DNA from: Patescibacteria group bacterium
GTDB lineage: Bacteria; Patescibacteriota; Patescibacteriia; Patescibacteriales; UBA12465
Reading direction: 5' to 3'
DNA length: 64,000 nt
Assembly (NCBI GenBank): GCA_034002925.1
Contig: JAVEZP010000001.1
Span: forward strand, 66,523-130,522
Part shown: piece after piece, positions 7,701-16,615 of the stretch
Layout of the letters: every line of letters begins with the position of its first letter
Numbering within the stretch: position 1 is the first letter of the stretch
The notes under the pieces: generated by a model
What the model saw: only the letters and a program-made list of their open reading frames with translations
Database searches by the model: none
Told to the model about the DNA's origin: nothing
Program-made: the position numbers and the translations under genes

Positions 7701-10645
7701 AGACTGCTACAATCTGTACAAACACCCGTTGGAACAGAGGTATCACAATATTTACCAGAACTAATAGCACAATTACAAGCCTGATCAGAAGCCGCTACAT
7801 CAAAACCACCGCCACTAGCAGGAATAGCACAGCCTGAGCACTGACCTAATCCAGAATTATCTTCACTAGTGTCACTACCACAAGTACCAGAACAAACTAA
7901 TGGAGCACAGCAGTCTCGTGCATCTTGACCAATTTCACAACAACAATCACAACGAGAACTTTCTTCTGACATGCAAATATTATTTTGACAACTAGCACCG
8001 CTAGGACAAAGATTGGCACTAGCACAAACTCCTTGAGTGTCATTGTTCATTTCGCTTTCAAATACATCCATATTAGCAATACAATTTAGTCCATCATCAC
8101 ATAAAGAACAGCTAGATTCGGTAGCGCTAGTACTGCTAACACATCGATTGTTTGATAGTCGCGTCCAGCCACTAGGACAAGAAGTAGGAACTTTAATCTC
8201 CCAATGACTTTGATTATTGTATTCAGAAAATACTTTACAAGTTTGAGGAGCGCTAAAAGCTACACCATTTAAATCATAATTTAAAATTGAATCTAAAGAA
8301 CAAGTATTATTATTTAATACGCACACATCACGTTCACTATCATAGGTACAAGCCTGAGGATTACCAGCACAAGCCGCTACGCTCTCACAACTTGCATCAC
8401 AAGTACCTACGTTTTGCAAACCACCTGAGAAAGGTGAACATAAGCCAGCCGAATTAGGACAAAAAGCACCAACCTGACAAGCGCCTAAAGCTTGAGCCAT
8501 GCCTTCACAGCTATCATAAGGAGTGCTAGTGCTCACACCGCCAAAGCCAGTTGCAAAATCCCATTCAAAAATAGAATTAGGAATAGTAATATAACATTCC
8601 GCTAAAGAAGCCACGCATTGATTTTGTTTATAAGTACCAGCTGGACAGCAAATATCCGCTCCACACTCATTATCAGATTGACAAATGCCTACTTCAAAAT
8701 TGACCACATTGCCCCATTCTCCATTTTTGACCACCCTCACTGGTCCACTGCTAGCTCCAACAGGAACTGATGAATCTATTTTCTGAGCTGATCCATCACT
8801 GACAATAGTTTCTGTATTGTTTTTATTAGGAGTAAAGACTAAGAGAGCGCTGCCATTAATCTCACCAAAATATTCTCCCCACACACTTACTGGCGATGAT
8901 ACTGGCCCGCGAGAAGGAGAAATACGACAAATACTGGTTTTTAAAGATGCTTCCGTATCCACTTGAAATACATTGGGGTTAGCATTTTGAGAATTAATTT
9001 CTCCAGTAGTTAATTCAACCTTGATAGGATAATAACCATTATCTAAAGCAGCTGGTACTTTCACAATAATTTGACGATCTTGCCAAACAGAATCAGAGCA
9101 GACAGCTGGGAATTCATATTCTGCTTCTACTTCACCAAAAAAGACACGTGAAAAACCACGAGCACCACCAAAGCCACTGCCATAAATTGTCACATATTGA
9201 CCAGCTCTACCAACGCTTGGCGAGAAATAACTAATATATGGACCAGCATTAGGATCTACTTCCTTGTCAAAAGTAACATAATTACTTTTTTCTTGATTGC
9301 CATTAATAGTAGCTAACACGAAACTACTTGTTTTTCCTTGGCGCACATTCGGCACAGTAGTCACCCCATCAAGACCAGCTGGATCAATAAAGATAGAATC
9401 CAAACCCCTCACATTACTTTGATAATTACCAAAATAAGCTTCAGCTGAATATAAATTAAAACCTTGATAATTAACCTGTTGGCTAAGGGCGCCAACATTA
9501 GGATTCATTAAACATAAACCTGGTCTAACAATATCATTAACTAAAAAATCCGGTAAAATAGGGCCATTATCATCATTGCTAGTATCAGTATTATTATCAA
9601 CAGTGACTACGCTTAAAGCTCCGCTAATAGCACCACTTGGAACAGCTACAATAATCTGATTATTTGTCCAAGAATTAATACAATTAGGATTAATATTCAC
9701 CGGCTCTACTCCTGTTGTATTATTAGCAAATAATACTTTACTGTTTTGAGGATCATAATTCCCAAAATTAGTACCACTGATAGTAATAAAATTATTAACA
9801 GCACCGTTAGGAATTTCCGTATTACAAGTAGTTACACAATCATCATTATTTAAACAACTCTTATTCTCATCTTCTTCACAAAAACCACCCATAGGACTAA
9901 TCCCTGTAATCACTGGTGGTCCATAACAAGTACAGGTCTCTGTGCTACAACTTAAATATTCAGCACATAGATTATCATCAGCGCTACAAGTCTGACCACT
10001 AGGATCCGCATTACAAGCATCTCCTAAATTGCCTTTAGGCACACATTCGCAAGAGCCTGTATTACAATAACTATCTTCGGCGCACATTTGATCAGCTGCC
10101 TGACAACCAGCCAAAGGACTGCTATCACAATACTGAGGTCCAGTTCCGCCCCCACAATCACTACCTAAACAAGGACCCCAAGAACCTTCAGTACAAGTCA
10201 TAGAACCACCACAACCGCACGACAAAACTTGTCCAGTGGTACAAGTCGAACCTGAGCCGCCTCCACTACCAGTCGCACTAATTAAACGATTTAAAATAAA
10301 AGTAGCAATACCCCAAGCTGATAAAATAATTAAAAGACCAATAATACCATTTTTTAAAATCTTTTTAGCTTGTTCAATTTTTTCTTCTGCTCCGTTAGAA
10401 GTCATCCAAATAAAACCACCCCAAATAATTAAGCCTAAAGCTATCACGCCTAAAAGCAACATAGTGATATTAATGATACGAGCCACTACTGCCCGAGGAT
10501 CTTCAGCGCTAAGAGCAATATTTTCATCAATCACACTAAGTCCAGGATCAAGCTGAGCCTGAGCAGTATAAGCCAGAGAAATGCCAATCAATAACAACAA
10601 AAATATTAAAACTGAACGCTTTATTTTAATGTTAAAATTAAACAC
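4784..10645 (-). CDS. Giant (1953 aa) surface protein: N-terminal TrbC/VirB2-like pilin domain, IPT/TIG repeats, long Cys-rich region, Ig-like (Big_5-type) domain, C-terminal FN3-like domains
   Basis: Signal peptide (AQA); IIWGGFIWMTSNGAEEKIEQAKKILKNGIIGLLIILSAWGI pilin motif; PVITGISP and PYISYFSPSVGRAGQYVTIYGSGFG IPT motifs; DSQAPTIPQNL...ALTALDASGNES FN3-like end. Confidence 0.8.
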   Translation of the reverse strand: MFNFNIKIKRSVLIFLLLLIGISLAYTAQAQLDPGLSVIDENIALSAEDPRAVVARIINITMLLLGVIALGLIIWGGFIWMTSNGAEEKIEQAKKILKNGIIGLLIILSAWGIATFILNRLISATGSGGGSGSTCTTGQVLSCGCGGSMTCTEGSWGPCLGSDCGGGTGPQYCDSSPLAGCQAADQMCAEDSYCNTGSCECVPKGNLGDACNADPSGQTCSADDNLCAEYLSCSTETCTCYGPPVITGISPMGGFCEEDENKSCLNNDDCVTTCNTEIPNGAVNNFITISGTNFGNYDPQNSKVLFANNTTGVEPVNINPNCINSWTNNQIIVAVPSGAISGALSVVTVDNNTDTSNDDNGPILPDFLVNDIVRPGLCLMNPNVGALSQQVNYQGFNLYSAEAYFGNYQSNVRGLDSIFIDPAGLDGVTTVPNVRQGKTSSFVLATINGNQEKSNYVTFDKEVDPNAGPYISYFSPSVGRAGQYVTIYGSGFGGARGFSRVFFGEVEAEYEFPAVCSDSVWQDRQIIVKVPAALDNGYYPIKVELTTGEINSQNANPNVFQVDTEASLKTSICRISPSRGPVSSPVSVWGEYFGEINGSALLVFTPNKNNTETIVSDGSAQKIDSSVPVGASSGPVRVVKNGEWGNVVNFEVGICQSDNECGADICCPAGTYKQNQCVASLAECYITIPNSIFEWDFATGFGGVSTSTPYDSCEGMAQALGACQVGAFCPNSAGLCSPFSGGLQNVGTCDASCESVAACAGNPQACTYDSERDVCVLNNNTCSLDSILNYDLNGVAFSAPQTCKVFSEYNNQSHWEIKVPTSCPSGWTRLSNNRCVSSTSATESSCSLCDDGLNCIANMDVFESEMNNDTQGVCASANLCPSGASCQNNICMSEESSRCDCCCEIGQDARDCCAPLVCSGTCGSDTSEDNSGLGQCSGCAIPASGGGFDVAASDQACNCAISSGKYCDTSVPTGVCTDCSSLSRESCLDHSQVCCLDSKGTDTITDDVCVGGSGEDISSDPSSPDFGYCAYYNCQDENGDPSLCAADNPLKIGLFKDISTCDANCEINPGVSFCSQHDGDYSSCSMAADCCYNYSDGTCIGGDSISPIDGYCAYYNCQAAPNETQCNQTPSMVGDYNTISACVYACANSSPSGAGQDCRDLTAIDTCNTSFCSSPFACLNEAGAGGIPGDCGTCCCQVSNPESCAGLGSGDLVCQPNQTPCSGENRGLCCGCSEDLDCGDAVNVGCDSGTCCRARPNIMTDNLVPAHGADNVCRNAAISIPFDQRMDVASLMNNIILLEEKDYGTGVCPSGTFVASLDSSQANNWFKRTINRVLAVVNSVFRKNTFSSSALAHALPSNTKLYCAVPGSVSIQHDGVGTTAEFKPKKMLSAGTKYYLVVKGDETLNSDVGVLSQWMVGMNGQGYLDLNNGLYVEGENITFNNLSFHNSYISSFATLSDQGTNSGVCSVEYVSVAPNSYLFQSTNDDINENDDDVNDSSFDSVSDQDKLFNARAYSADNQLLTPTSGYYWDWDWDLMNNGVAFLADPANLADHQAFVVANQNVVDDSTMMTTAINMDRFSGNSCNSSPTCVCAEPNCLNNCCNAYTDGDGVQTEVPLFVFICQNPWPAVNSGTLNWSPWYDTCEGATGNCANYNYKFYYCRDAGVDGLADDLPAMIDPGLILGANESLVCSEGQSTCSTLGASCGPDRNSDGIGDGFCVWNVLKESYFFKEAAPSVGAITAAIDLADGNSARIEWYGDASLIYNADPNQLGKYRIYYAPENSGTWNFIDVKPTASFEYNDVVTPACTPLSPSAGQNYSCQKVITGLNNNTNYKVKVSAISINQVESALSNEKTVIISDSQAPTIPQNLSALIVNGQRLRFTWQANNDDTLFYRLYHGVNAGQYGQSFDSDNQATSLELDLRQFPAGANYFALTALDASGNESFKSVPTYIVLNVQ

Positions 10646-10727
10646 AAGTTCATTACACAGTAAAGAGTAAAGCTATATTATAGACTTACCAAACAATACT
10701 GTATTTTATTTAACTAATATAAATAAA

Positions 10728-13403
10728 TTAAGGGCAATTACCATCTAAGCCAAGTAAGGCAGTGGGCACACCATTACAACAAGAAGGGTTATTAGCATCG
10801 GCAGCACAATCTAATCCAGCACTAGGTTTAAAACAATTTTGATAAATATCTTTAACGCCAGAACCTAATTGAGTATAATAAGTAACAGATTCGGCTAAAT
10901 TAGTATGCTGCACAAAAACCGAAGTAGTATCTGGTTCACCATCAAGCGGATTAACATCTTTATTCTCTGCTCTTACCCAATAACCTAAAGGCTGATTTGA
11001 TTTGCTAAACAGATTAATCAAGCGATGTTCAAATTGATCTTGGCCGTTATCAATCACGACGCTGCCTGTACGCAAACTATCATTCATCATCAAGGTGTTA
11101 AAATTTATTTGAACTGGCAATAATGTGTCAGCATCAGTAATTCCTAAATCAGGTTTTATAAAAGTAATAACCGGTGGCTCCGTCATCATCTCATCACTAA
11201 TGTGAAAAGTCCAAACATAATTATCTCTTTCGTTAAGCAGTGGATTGTTCTCATTATAAAATTCTAAAGGGCCCTCAGCGAAACTATTACGATTACCATC
11301 GAAGGAATTAGTAGCAGCATCTACTACACCATTTAAATTATTAAAGTCAGCTACCGGATAATTATTTTGATTTTCATCTTGACATACTTGGAAAGAATTG
11401 GATAATCCACAATAACTAAAAGGCGCAAATTGACTACAATCATTATTTGTTTGACACGAATGCAAATCAGCCGCTCTTAAACGCACAGCTAGGTGACTAT
11501 TAGCTGGTAAACAATAAATAGTGTCACCACAAGCATTTTGTCCACAAGCAACATCTGACCTAAATTCAACTGTACGGTACATATTAGATACTGTAAAATC
11601 ACCCGATAAATAATCACCCACACAAACAGAGTTGTCACAGTTATAAGACAAACAATCACTATCTTGTGCACAGCTTGCGTTAGAAGCTAAAGCCGATGCG
11701 GAAGCATTAACTACTTTTATATTTTGACTAACTTCATCAGCACTCCCGGCTATTAACAAAGGATTCACAGCTTCATTAAAATTTAATTGAATAACTGTAT
11801 TCATTGGCCGATCTTGACGATCTTTAGTTTCATTATTTTTTAACAAATCTTGACCACCAGCAAAAGGAGTAATAGCCAAAGTATTAAGATTATTACTAGT
11901 TAAATAAATATTATTACCAGCTGCTCCCGCAACCTTAGCACTTAGATTAACCGTGCCCGCTTCTTTTTCAACATTAATATCTGGATGACCACTAATACTG
12001 GTATAAATAGCAGTCGCTACAATACTAGGAGAACAATTTTGTGGATCGATCACAATATTATTAGCACCTGCATTTTCAGAAAAATTATAAACTTCAGTGC
12101 CAATAGTTAAATTATCAGCTAAGGATACTGGTTGAATTAACACATCCCAAGCACTCCCAGCCTCATGACCTTCCACAAATAAATCAATAAAACCTGGGAA
12201 CGATACGCTATTTCCTTGCCAAGCAGCTGCTCCTAATAATTGACCCTCAGCAAATAATTGTGCCTGACTATTATCCATAATACTTACCACCGATACATTA
12301 GCAAAAGATTGATAATTAGAATCAACGGTAGCAGTTGCATTAAAAGAACCGGCACTAGGGGAAACACTTACCACGCTAGCTGCTTGATAAGTTTGCGGAC
12401 AAGCCTGAACTACAATACTAGCTGTAGCTGGTACTGCAGCACTTATTTGATTAAAAATATCTTTTTCATTATCTGGTAAAGGAAAAATGCCACCCTTTCT
12501 AACCTGAGGAGGCGTTAAATCTAATTGATTGCTAACTTCAAATCCCCAGGTGAAGAAATCATTATTACAAGTTTTAAAAATTGATTCTCCTTCATCAGTT
12601 AACAAGCCATTACTTAAATAAACACTATAATCAGTATTACCATCGCTTTTACCTAATAATTCATTAGGTTTAATAATAAAAGTACGTCTGTCTGAAGATG
12701 CAGAGACACTGGCATTATTTAAATTCAGACTATCGACAGGACAAGAACTGGAATCACAATCATCACCAAAGTCATCACGGAAAATACGAATATTTACCGG
12801 ATTAATTAAACTACACTCACCACCATCACAAGCACAAGCATCGCCAGCTGCATTTTGACAAACACTCTCAAGATCAAGAGCTGTTTTAAAACTAATAATA
12901 ATTGAAGAATTACGAGCTACTTCTTTTTGTCCAGGCTCAGGATATACTCGTTCTATAGTACAAGCACCTAAAGCGCCAGTGCCCTGTAAAGAATTCACAT
13001 TAGCATTATTACCACCATTAAAACCACCGGTTCCGGTCGCTTGCATTAAACGATTTAAAACAAAAGTAACAACACCCCAAGCAGACAAAATAATAATTAA
13101 ACCAATAATAGCGTTACGTAGAATTTTTTTAGCTTGCTCAATTTTATCCTCACTGCCGCCACTAGTCATCCAAATAAAGCCAGAATATATAATCAAAGCT
13201 ACTGCTATTGCCCCTAAAAACAATAAAGCAACATTGATAATTCTGGCAATAATTACTCGCGGATCAGTTGGACTTAAAGCAATCACAGAATCAATTTCAC
13301 TCGTGCCCACATCTAAGCCTTGAGCGAAAACAACTGTTGCCAATGAGATACCTGCCAAAAATACTAGCGAAAAGAGAAAAAAAGATAATAATTTGCGTGA
13401 CAT
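10728..13403 (-). CDS. Large (891 aa) surface protein: N-terminal TrbC/VirB2-like pilin domain plus Ig-like (Big_5-type) and Cys-rich domains
   Basis: Signal peptide (VFA); YSGFIWMTSGGSEDKIEQAKKILRNAIIGLIIILSAWGV; VYPEPGQKEVARNSSIIISF Ig-like motif. Confidence 0.8.
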   Translation of the reverse strand: MSRKLLSFFLFSLVFLAGISLATVVFAQGLDVGTSEIDSVIALSPTDPRVIIARIINVALLFLGAIAVALIIYSGFIWMTSGGSEDKIEQAKKILRNAIIGLIIILSAWGVVTFVLNRLMQATGTGGFNGGNNANVNSLQGTGALGACTIERVYPEPGQKEVARNSSIIISFKTALDLESVCQNAAGDACACDGGECSLINPVNIRIFRDDFGDDCDSSSCPVDSLNLNNASVSASSDRRTFIIKPNELLGKSDGNTDYSVYLSNGLLTDEGESIFKTCNNDFFTWGFEVSNQLDLTPPQVRKGGIFPLPDNEKDIFNQISAAVPATASIVVQACPQTYQAASVVSVSPSAGSFNATATVDSNYQSFANVSVVSIMDNSQAQLFAEGQLLGAAAWQGNSVSFPGFIDLFVEGHEAGSAWDVLIQPVSLADNLTIGTEVYNFSENAGANNIVIDPQNCSPSIVATAIYTSISGHPDINVEKEAGTVNLSAKVAGAAGNNIYLTSNNLNTLAITPFAGGQDLLKNNETKDRQDRPMNTVIQLNFNEAVNPLLIAGSADEVSQNIKVVNASASALASNASCAQDSDCLSYNCDNSVCVGDYLSGDFTVSNMYRTVEFRSDVACGQNACGDTIYCLPANSHLAVRLRAADLHSCQTNNDCSQFAPFSYCGLSNSFQVCQDENQNNYPVADFNNLNGVVDAATNSFDGNRNSFAEGPLEFYNENNPLLNERDNYVWTFHISDEMMTEPPVITFIKPDLGITDADTLLPVQINFNTLMMNDSLRTGSVVIDNGQDQFEHRLINLFSKSNQPLGYWVRAENKDVNPLDGEPDTTSVFVQHTNLAESVTYYTQLGSGVKDIYQNCFKPSAGLDCAADANNPSCCNGVPTALLGLDGNCP

Positions 13404-13413
13404 TTTATTTCTT

Positions 13414-13436
13414 TTATACCATGAAACATGGTATAA
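13414..13436. promoter_or_regulatory. Perfect inverted repeat forming back-to-back extended -10 elements (TGGTATAA) between the divergent surface operon and relA
   Basis: TTATACCATG-AAA-CATGGTATAA. Confidence 0.5.
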
Positions 13437-13495
13437 TTTATTAGCTAAATAGACGACTTTATTATATCATAAAATGACAAATTTGAAAAAACATT

Positions 13496-14971
13496 ATGAC
13501 CATTGAGCGTATCATCAAAAAATTTCAAGAAAATCATCCAGAGCAAGATGCTACGATGCTATATTTGGCCTATGAATTTGCTGCGGCTGCTCATGCTGGT
13601 CAAAAAAGAAAAACAGGAGAACCATATATTCAACACCCCCTACACACTGCTTATATTTTAGCAGAAATAAAAGCTGATTTACCAACTATTATAGCTGGTT
13701 TGCTCCATGATGTACCAGAAGATACTAATCGAACTCTAGAAGAAGTAAAAGAAAATTTTGGTGAAGAAATAGGTAATTTAGTGGCAGGCATTACTAAATT
13801 AGGCAAAATTAAATACCGTGGCATTGAGCGCTATCGTGAAAATTTAAAAAAAATGTTTCTAGCTATGACTGGAGACATTAGAATTATTTTTATTAAATTT
13901 TGTGATCGTTTACACAATCTTAGAACTCTAGAAGCTTTGCCGCCAGAAAAACAAAAAAGGATTGCCCAGGAAACCTTAGAAATCTATGCTCCAATTGCAG
14001 GTATGTTAGGTATTTGGCGCTTAAAGTGGCAATTAGAAGACTTATGCTTTAAATATTTACACCCTGATAAATTTGAAGAGTTAGAAAATGAATATGAGGT
14101 AGAAAAAAAAGCAGCTCGTAATCAACACTTTCAAAAAATAAAAAATCAATTAATTCCTCGTCTTCAAGAAGTTAATTTAAATTATGAAATTGAAGCACGT
14201 TTTAAACACCTATACAGTATTTATCAAAAAATGCAACGCAAAGATCGAAAATTCGATGAAATCTATGACGTCTTTGCTCTGCGTATAATAGTTCCCAGTG
14301 TTGATGACTGTTATAAAGCCCTGGGCGTAATTCATACCCTATGGAAACCTAAGCCAAATCGTTTTAAAGATTATATTGCTGTCCCTAAACCTAACGGCTA
14401 CCGCTCTCTGCACACCACTATTTTTGGACCAGATGGTAAAGCGACAGAATTCCAAATTAGAACGACCGAAATGCATGAAGAATCTTTATACGGTTTAGCG
14501 GCTCATTGGTATTATAAAGCAAAGGGATCAAAAGATTTGCAACCACACTGGGTAAAAGAAATCATTGATATTCAAAAAGAAATTTCTGACACTCAAGAAT
14601 TAATTAAAAATATTAAACTAGATATTTTTAATGACCGCATCTTTGTATTCTCGCCAAAAGGAGATGTGTTTGAGTTACCAGAAAAATCAACTCCCATTGA
14701 TTTTGCTTATGCTGTACATACTAAAATTGGTAATCAAGCGACTGGCGCTATTATCAATGAAAAATTAGCTAAACTAGACCATGAATTAAAAAATGGCGAT
14801 TTAGTTGAAATTATTACTGACAAAGGACGCTTATACCCTAATCGAGATTGGTTGAAATTTGCTAAAACCCGCAGAGCTCGAGATCGTATTAAACAATTTG
14901 CTAAAAAAAGCCCCCTAGAAAACATCAAACGTTTTTTACCAAACATCAAAAAAGATAAAAAATATAACTAA
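13496..14971 (+). CDS. relA: RelA/SpoT (p)ppGpp synthetase/hydrolase, short form (HD-SYNTH-TGS)
   Basis: HAGQKRKTGEPYIQHP, LLHDVPED, KPNGYRSLHT, EFQIRT, TPIDFAYAVHT. Confidence 0.92.
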   Translation: MTIERIIKKFQENHPEQDATMLYLAYEFAAAAHAGQKRKTGEPYIQHPLHTAYILAEIKADLPTIIAGLLHDVPEDTNRTLEEVKENFGEEIGNLVAGITKLGKIKYRGIERYRENLKKMFLAMTGDIRIIFIKFCDRLHNLRTLEALPPEKQKRIAQETLEIYAPIAGMLGIWRLKWQLEDLCFKYLHPDKFEELENEYEVEKKAARNQHFQKIKNQLIPRLQEVNLNYEIEARFKHLYSIYQKMQRKDRKFDEIYDVFALRIIVPSVDDCYKALGVIHTLWKPKPNRFKDYIAVPKPNGYRSLHTTIFGPDGKATEFQIRTTEMHEESLYGLAAHWYYKAKGSKDLQPHWVKEIIDIQKEISDTQELIKNIKLDIFNDRIFVFSPKGDVFELPEKSTPIDFAYAVHTKIGNQATGAIINEKLAKLDHELKNGDLVEIITDKGRLYPNRDWLKFAKTRRARDRIKQFAKKSPLENIKRFLPNIKKDKKYN

Positions 14972-14984
14972 CAACATGCTTAAC

Positions 14985-15013
14985 AAAAAATCGACCCTGA
15001 GGGTCGATTTTTT
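14985..15013. terminator. Bidirectional intrinsic terminator between convergent relA and rpsU
   Basis: aaaaaatcgaccc-tga-gggtcgatttttt. Confidence 0.85.
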
Positions 15014-15019
15014 ATCATC

Positions 15020-15250
15020 TTATCTACCTTGAGATTCTTCTAATTTACCAGTTCTACGTAAATATTCTTTTTCTTTACTCAAAGCCATGCTGTTTAAAGC
15101 ATAAATCTTTTGTTGTCTTTTGCTTTTTTTAGGCTCTAAGTGTTGCTTTGATCTGGCTTTTTCCAGTCTTTTGCTGTTACGTAATCCTTTTTTGAACTTA
15201 CGCAGAAAACCTTCAAAACTTTCACCAGGCTTGCGTTTAAAATCAGCCAT
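15020..15250 (-). CDS. rpsU: 30S ribosomal protein bS21
   Basis: KRKPGESFEGFLRKFKK...ARSKQHLEPKKSKR, basic 76 aa, S21-like pattern. Confidence 0.8.
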   Translation of the reverse strand: MADFKRKPGESFEGFLRKFKKGLRNSKRLEKARSKQHLEPKKSKRQQKIYALNSMALSKEKEYLRRTGKLEESQGR

Positions 15251-16601
15251 AAATTACACCTTCCTTTCTATTTACTTTTTTTCTTAATTTTTCTTTAATT
15301 TTTTTAAAAGCTACTGTCTCCTGAACACCGGACTCCATATCTCTCATCATAATAGTTTCATCCATCACTTCTTTTTTTCCTAAAATTAAACTAACTTTTG
15401 CTTTTAATCTACTAGCTTCTTCCATCTGAACTTTTAAACTATCAGTGGAAAAAGATTGACGAATATTAAAACCTTCTAATCGCAACTCTTCAAATAATAT
15501 CAAAGATTTAATTTTAGCTTGATCGCCTAATTGAGCTAAAAAAATCATTTCTTCTGGAGATTCAGGAATTATCATTTTATCTTTTGCTTTAACCAGTACT
15601 CTTTCAAGACCAACTGCCACACCTACTGCTGGTGTCGCTTTACCACCTAAACTTTCAACTAAATTGTCATAACGACCGCCACCCGCTAAAGCTAACCTTG
15701 GTTGTACTGTCCCATCATCTTGCATTGGCCAAAATTCAAACACAGTATCATTATAATAATTCAAACCACGCACAAGATAAGGATTAAAATTATAAGTAAT
15801 ATTTAATTCATCTAAATATTCTAAAACTTTAGCAAAATGTTCTCTGCTTTCATCAGACAAACAATCAGCAATCTGAGGAACCTCACTTAATAATTCTTGA
15901 CAAGCATCCTCTTTACAATCTAATAAAGCCAAAATATGACCGGTAATATTTTTCTTACAATTATTACATAATTTAGAACGACGCCCCCTTTCTTTATAAA
16001 AATGTAATAATTTAGCATTATATTCTTTCCGACAATCTGCTTTACCTAAACTATTAATTTGAATTTGGAACGAAATATTCAAATCCTTAAAAAAATTATG
16101 TACAGAAGCAATTAATAAAGCCTCAGCCATTGGCTTGTCCTCGCCAATAACCTCTAAATTAAACTGAGTAGATTCACGATATCTTCCATTCTGCATTTTT
16201 TCTTTACGAAAAACAGGGCCAATAGAATATAATCTTACTGGTTGGGGTAGCTCTGCAAAATTATTTTCAATATAAGTACGAACAATACCTTGAGTAATTT
16301 CTGGTCTTAAAACTGCTTTTTCTCCTTTTTCGCACTCTACATAATATAACTCTTTGTCATTATTATGACGCGTAGATTTTTTATATAAATCAGCACTTTC
16401 AATAATCGGAGTTTTAATGGCATGAAAACTATATAAATCCGCAAACGAAGAAGCTTTGTCTAATAAAGCTTTAAAATAACGATTCTCTACTGGATTAATA
16501 TCTTTCATGCCTAAAATACGCTCAAAAGAACGAGCGCTTTTACGTTCTGGAGCTTTCTTTACAACAGGATTTTTGTAAGCCACGTTTTTCTTAACAGGCA
16601 T
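15243..16601 (-). CDS. hisS: Histidine--tRNA ligase
   Basis: LRPEITQGIVR, FRKEKMQNGRYRE, LVRGLNYY, GGGRYDNL. Confidence 0.92.
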   Translation of the reverse strand: MPVKKNVAYKNPVVKKAPERKSARSFERILGMKDINPVENRYFKALLDKASSFADLYSFHAIKTPIIESADLYKKSTRHNNDKELYYVECEKGEKAVLRPEITQGIVRTYIENNFAELPQPVRLYSIGPVFRKEKMQNGRYRESTQFNLEVIGEDKPMAEALLIASVHNFFKDLNISFQIQINSLGKADCRKEYNAKLLHFYKERGRRSKLCNNCKKNITGHILALLDCKEDACQELLSEVPQIADCLSDESREHFAKVLEYLDELNITYNFNPYLVRGLNYYNDTVFEFWPMQDDGTVQPRLALAGGGRYDNLVESLGGKATPAVGVAVGLERVLVKAKDKMIIPESPEEMIFLAQLGDQAKIKSLILFEELRLEGFNIRQSFSTDSLKVQMEEASRLKAKVSLILGKKEVMDETIMMRDMESGVQETVAFKKIKEKLRKKVNRKEGVIYG

Positions 16602-16615
16602 ATAAACAATAATTA

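Noticed and set aside
10236-13323. Two similar plus-strand ORFs (10236..10556 and 12979..13323) that look like a gene family
   Set aside because: They are antisense shadows of the paralogous pilin domains on the minus strand
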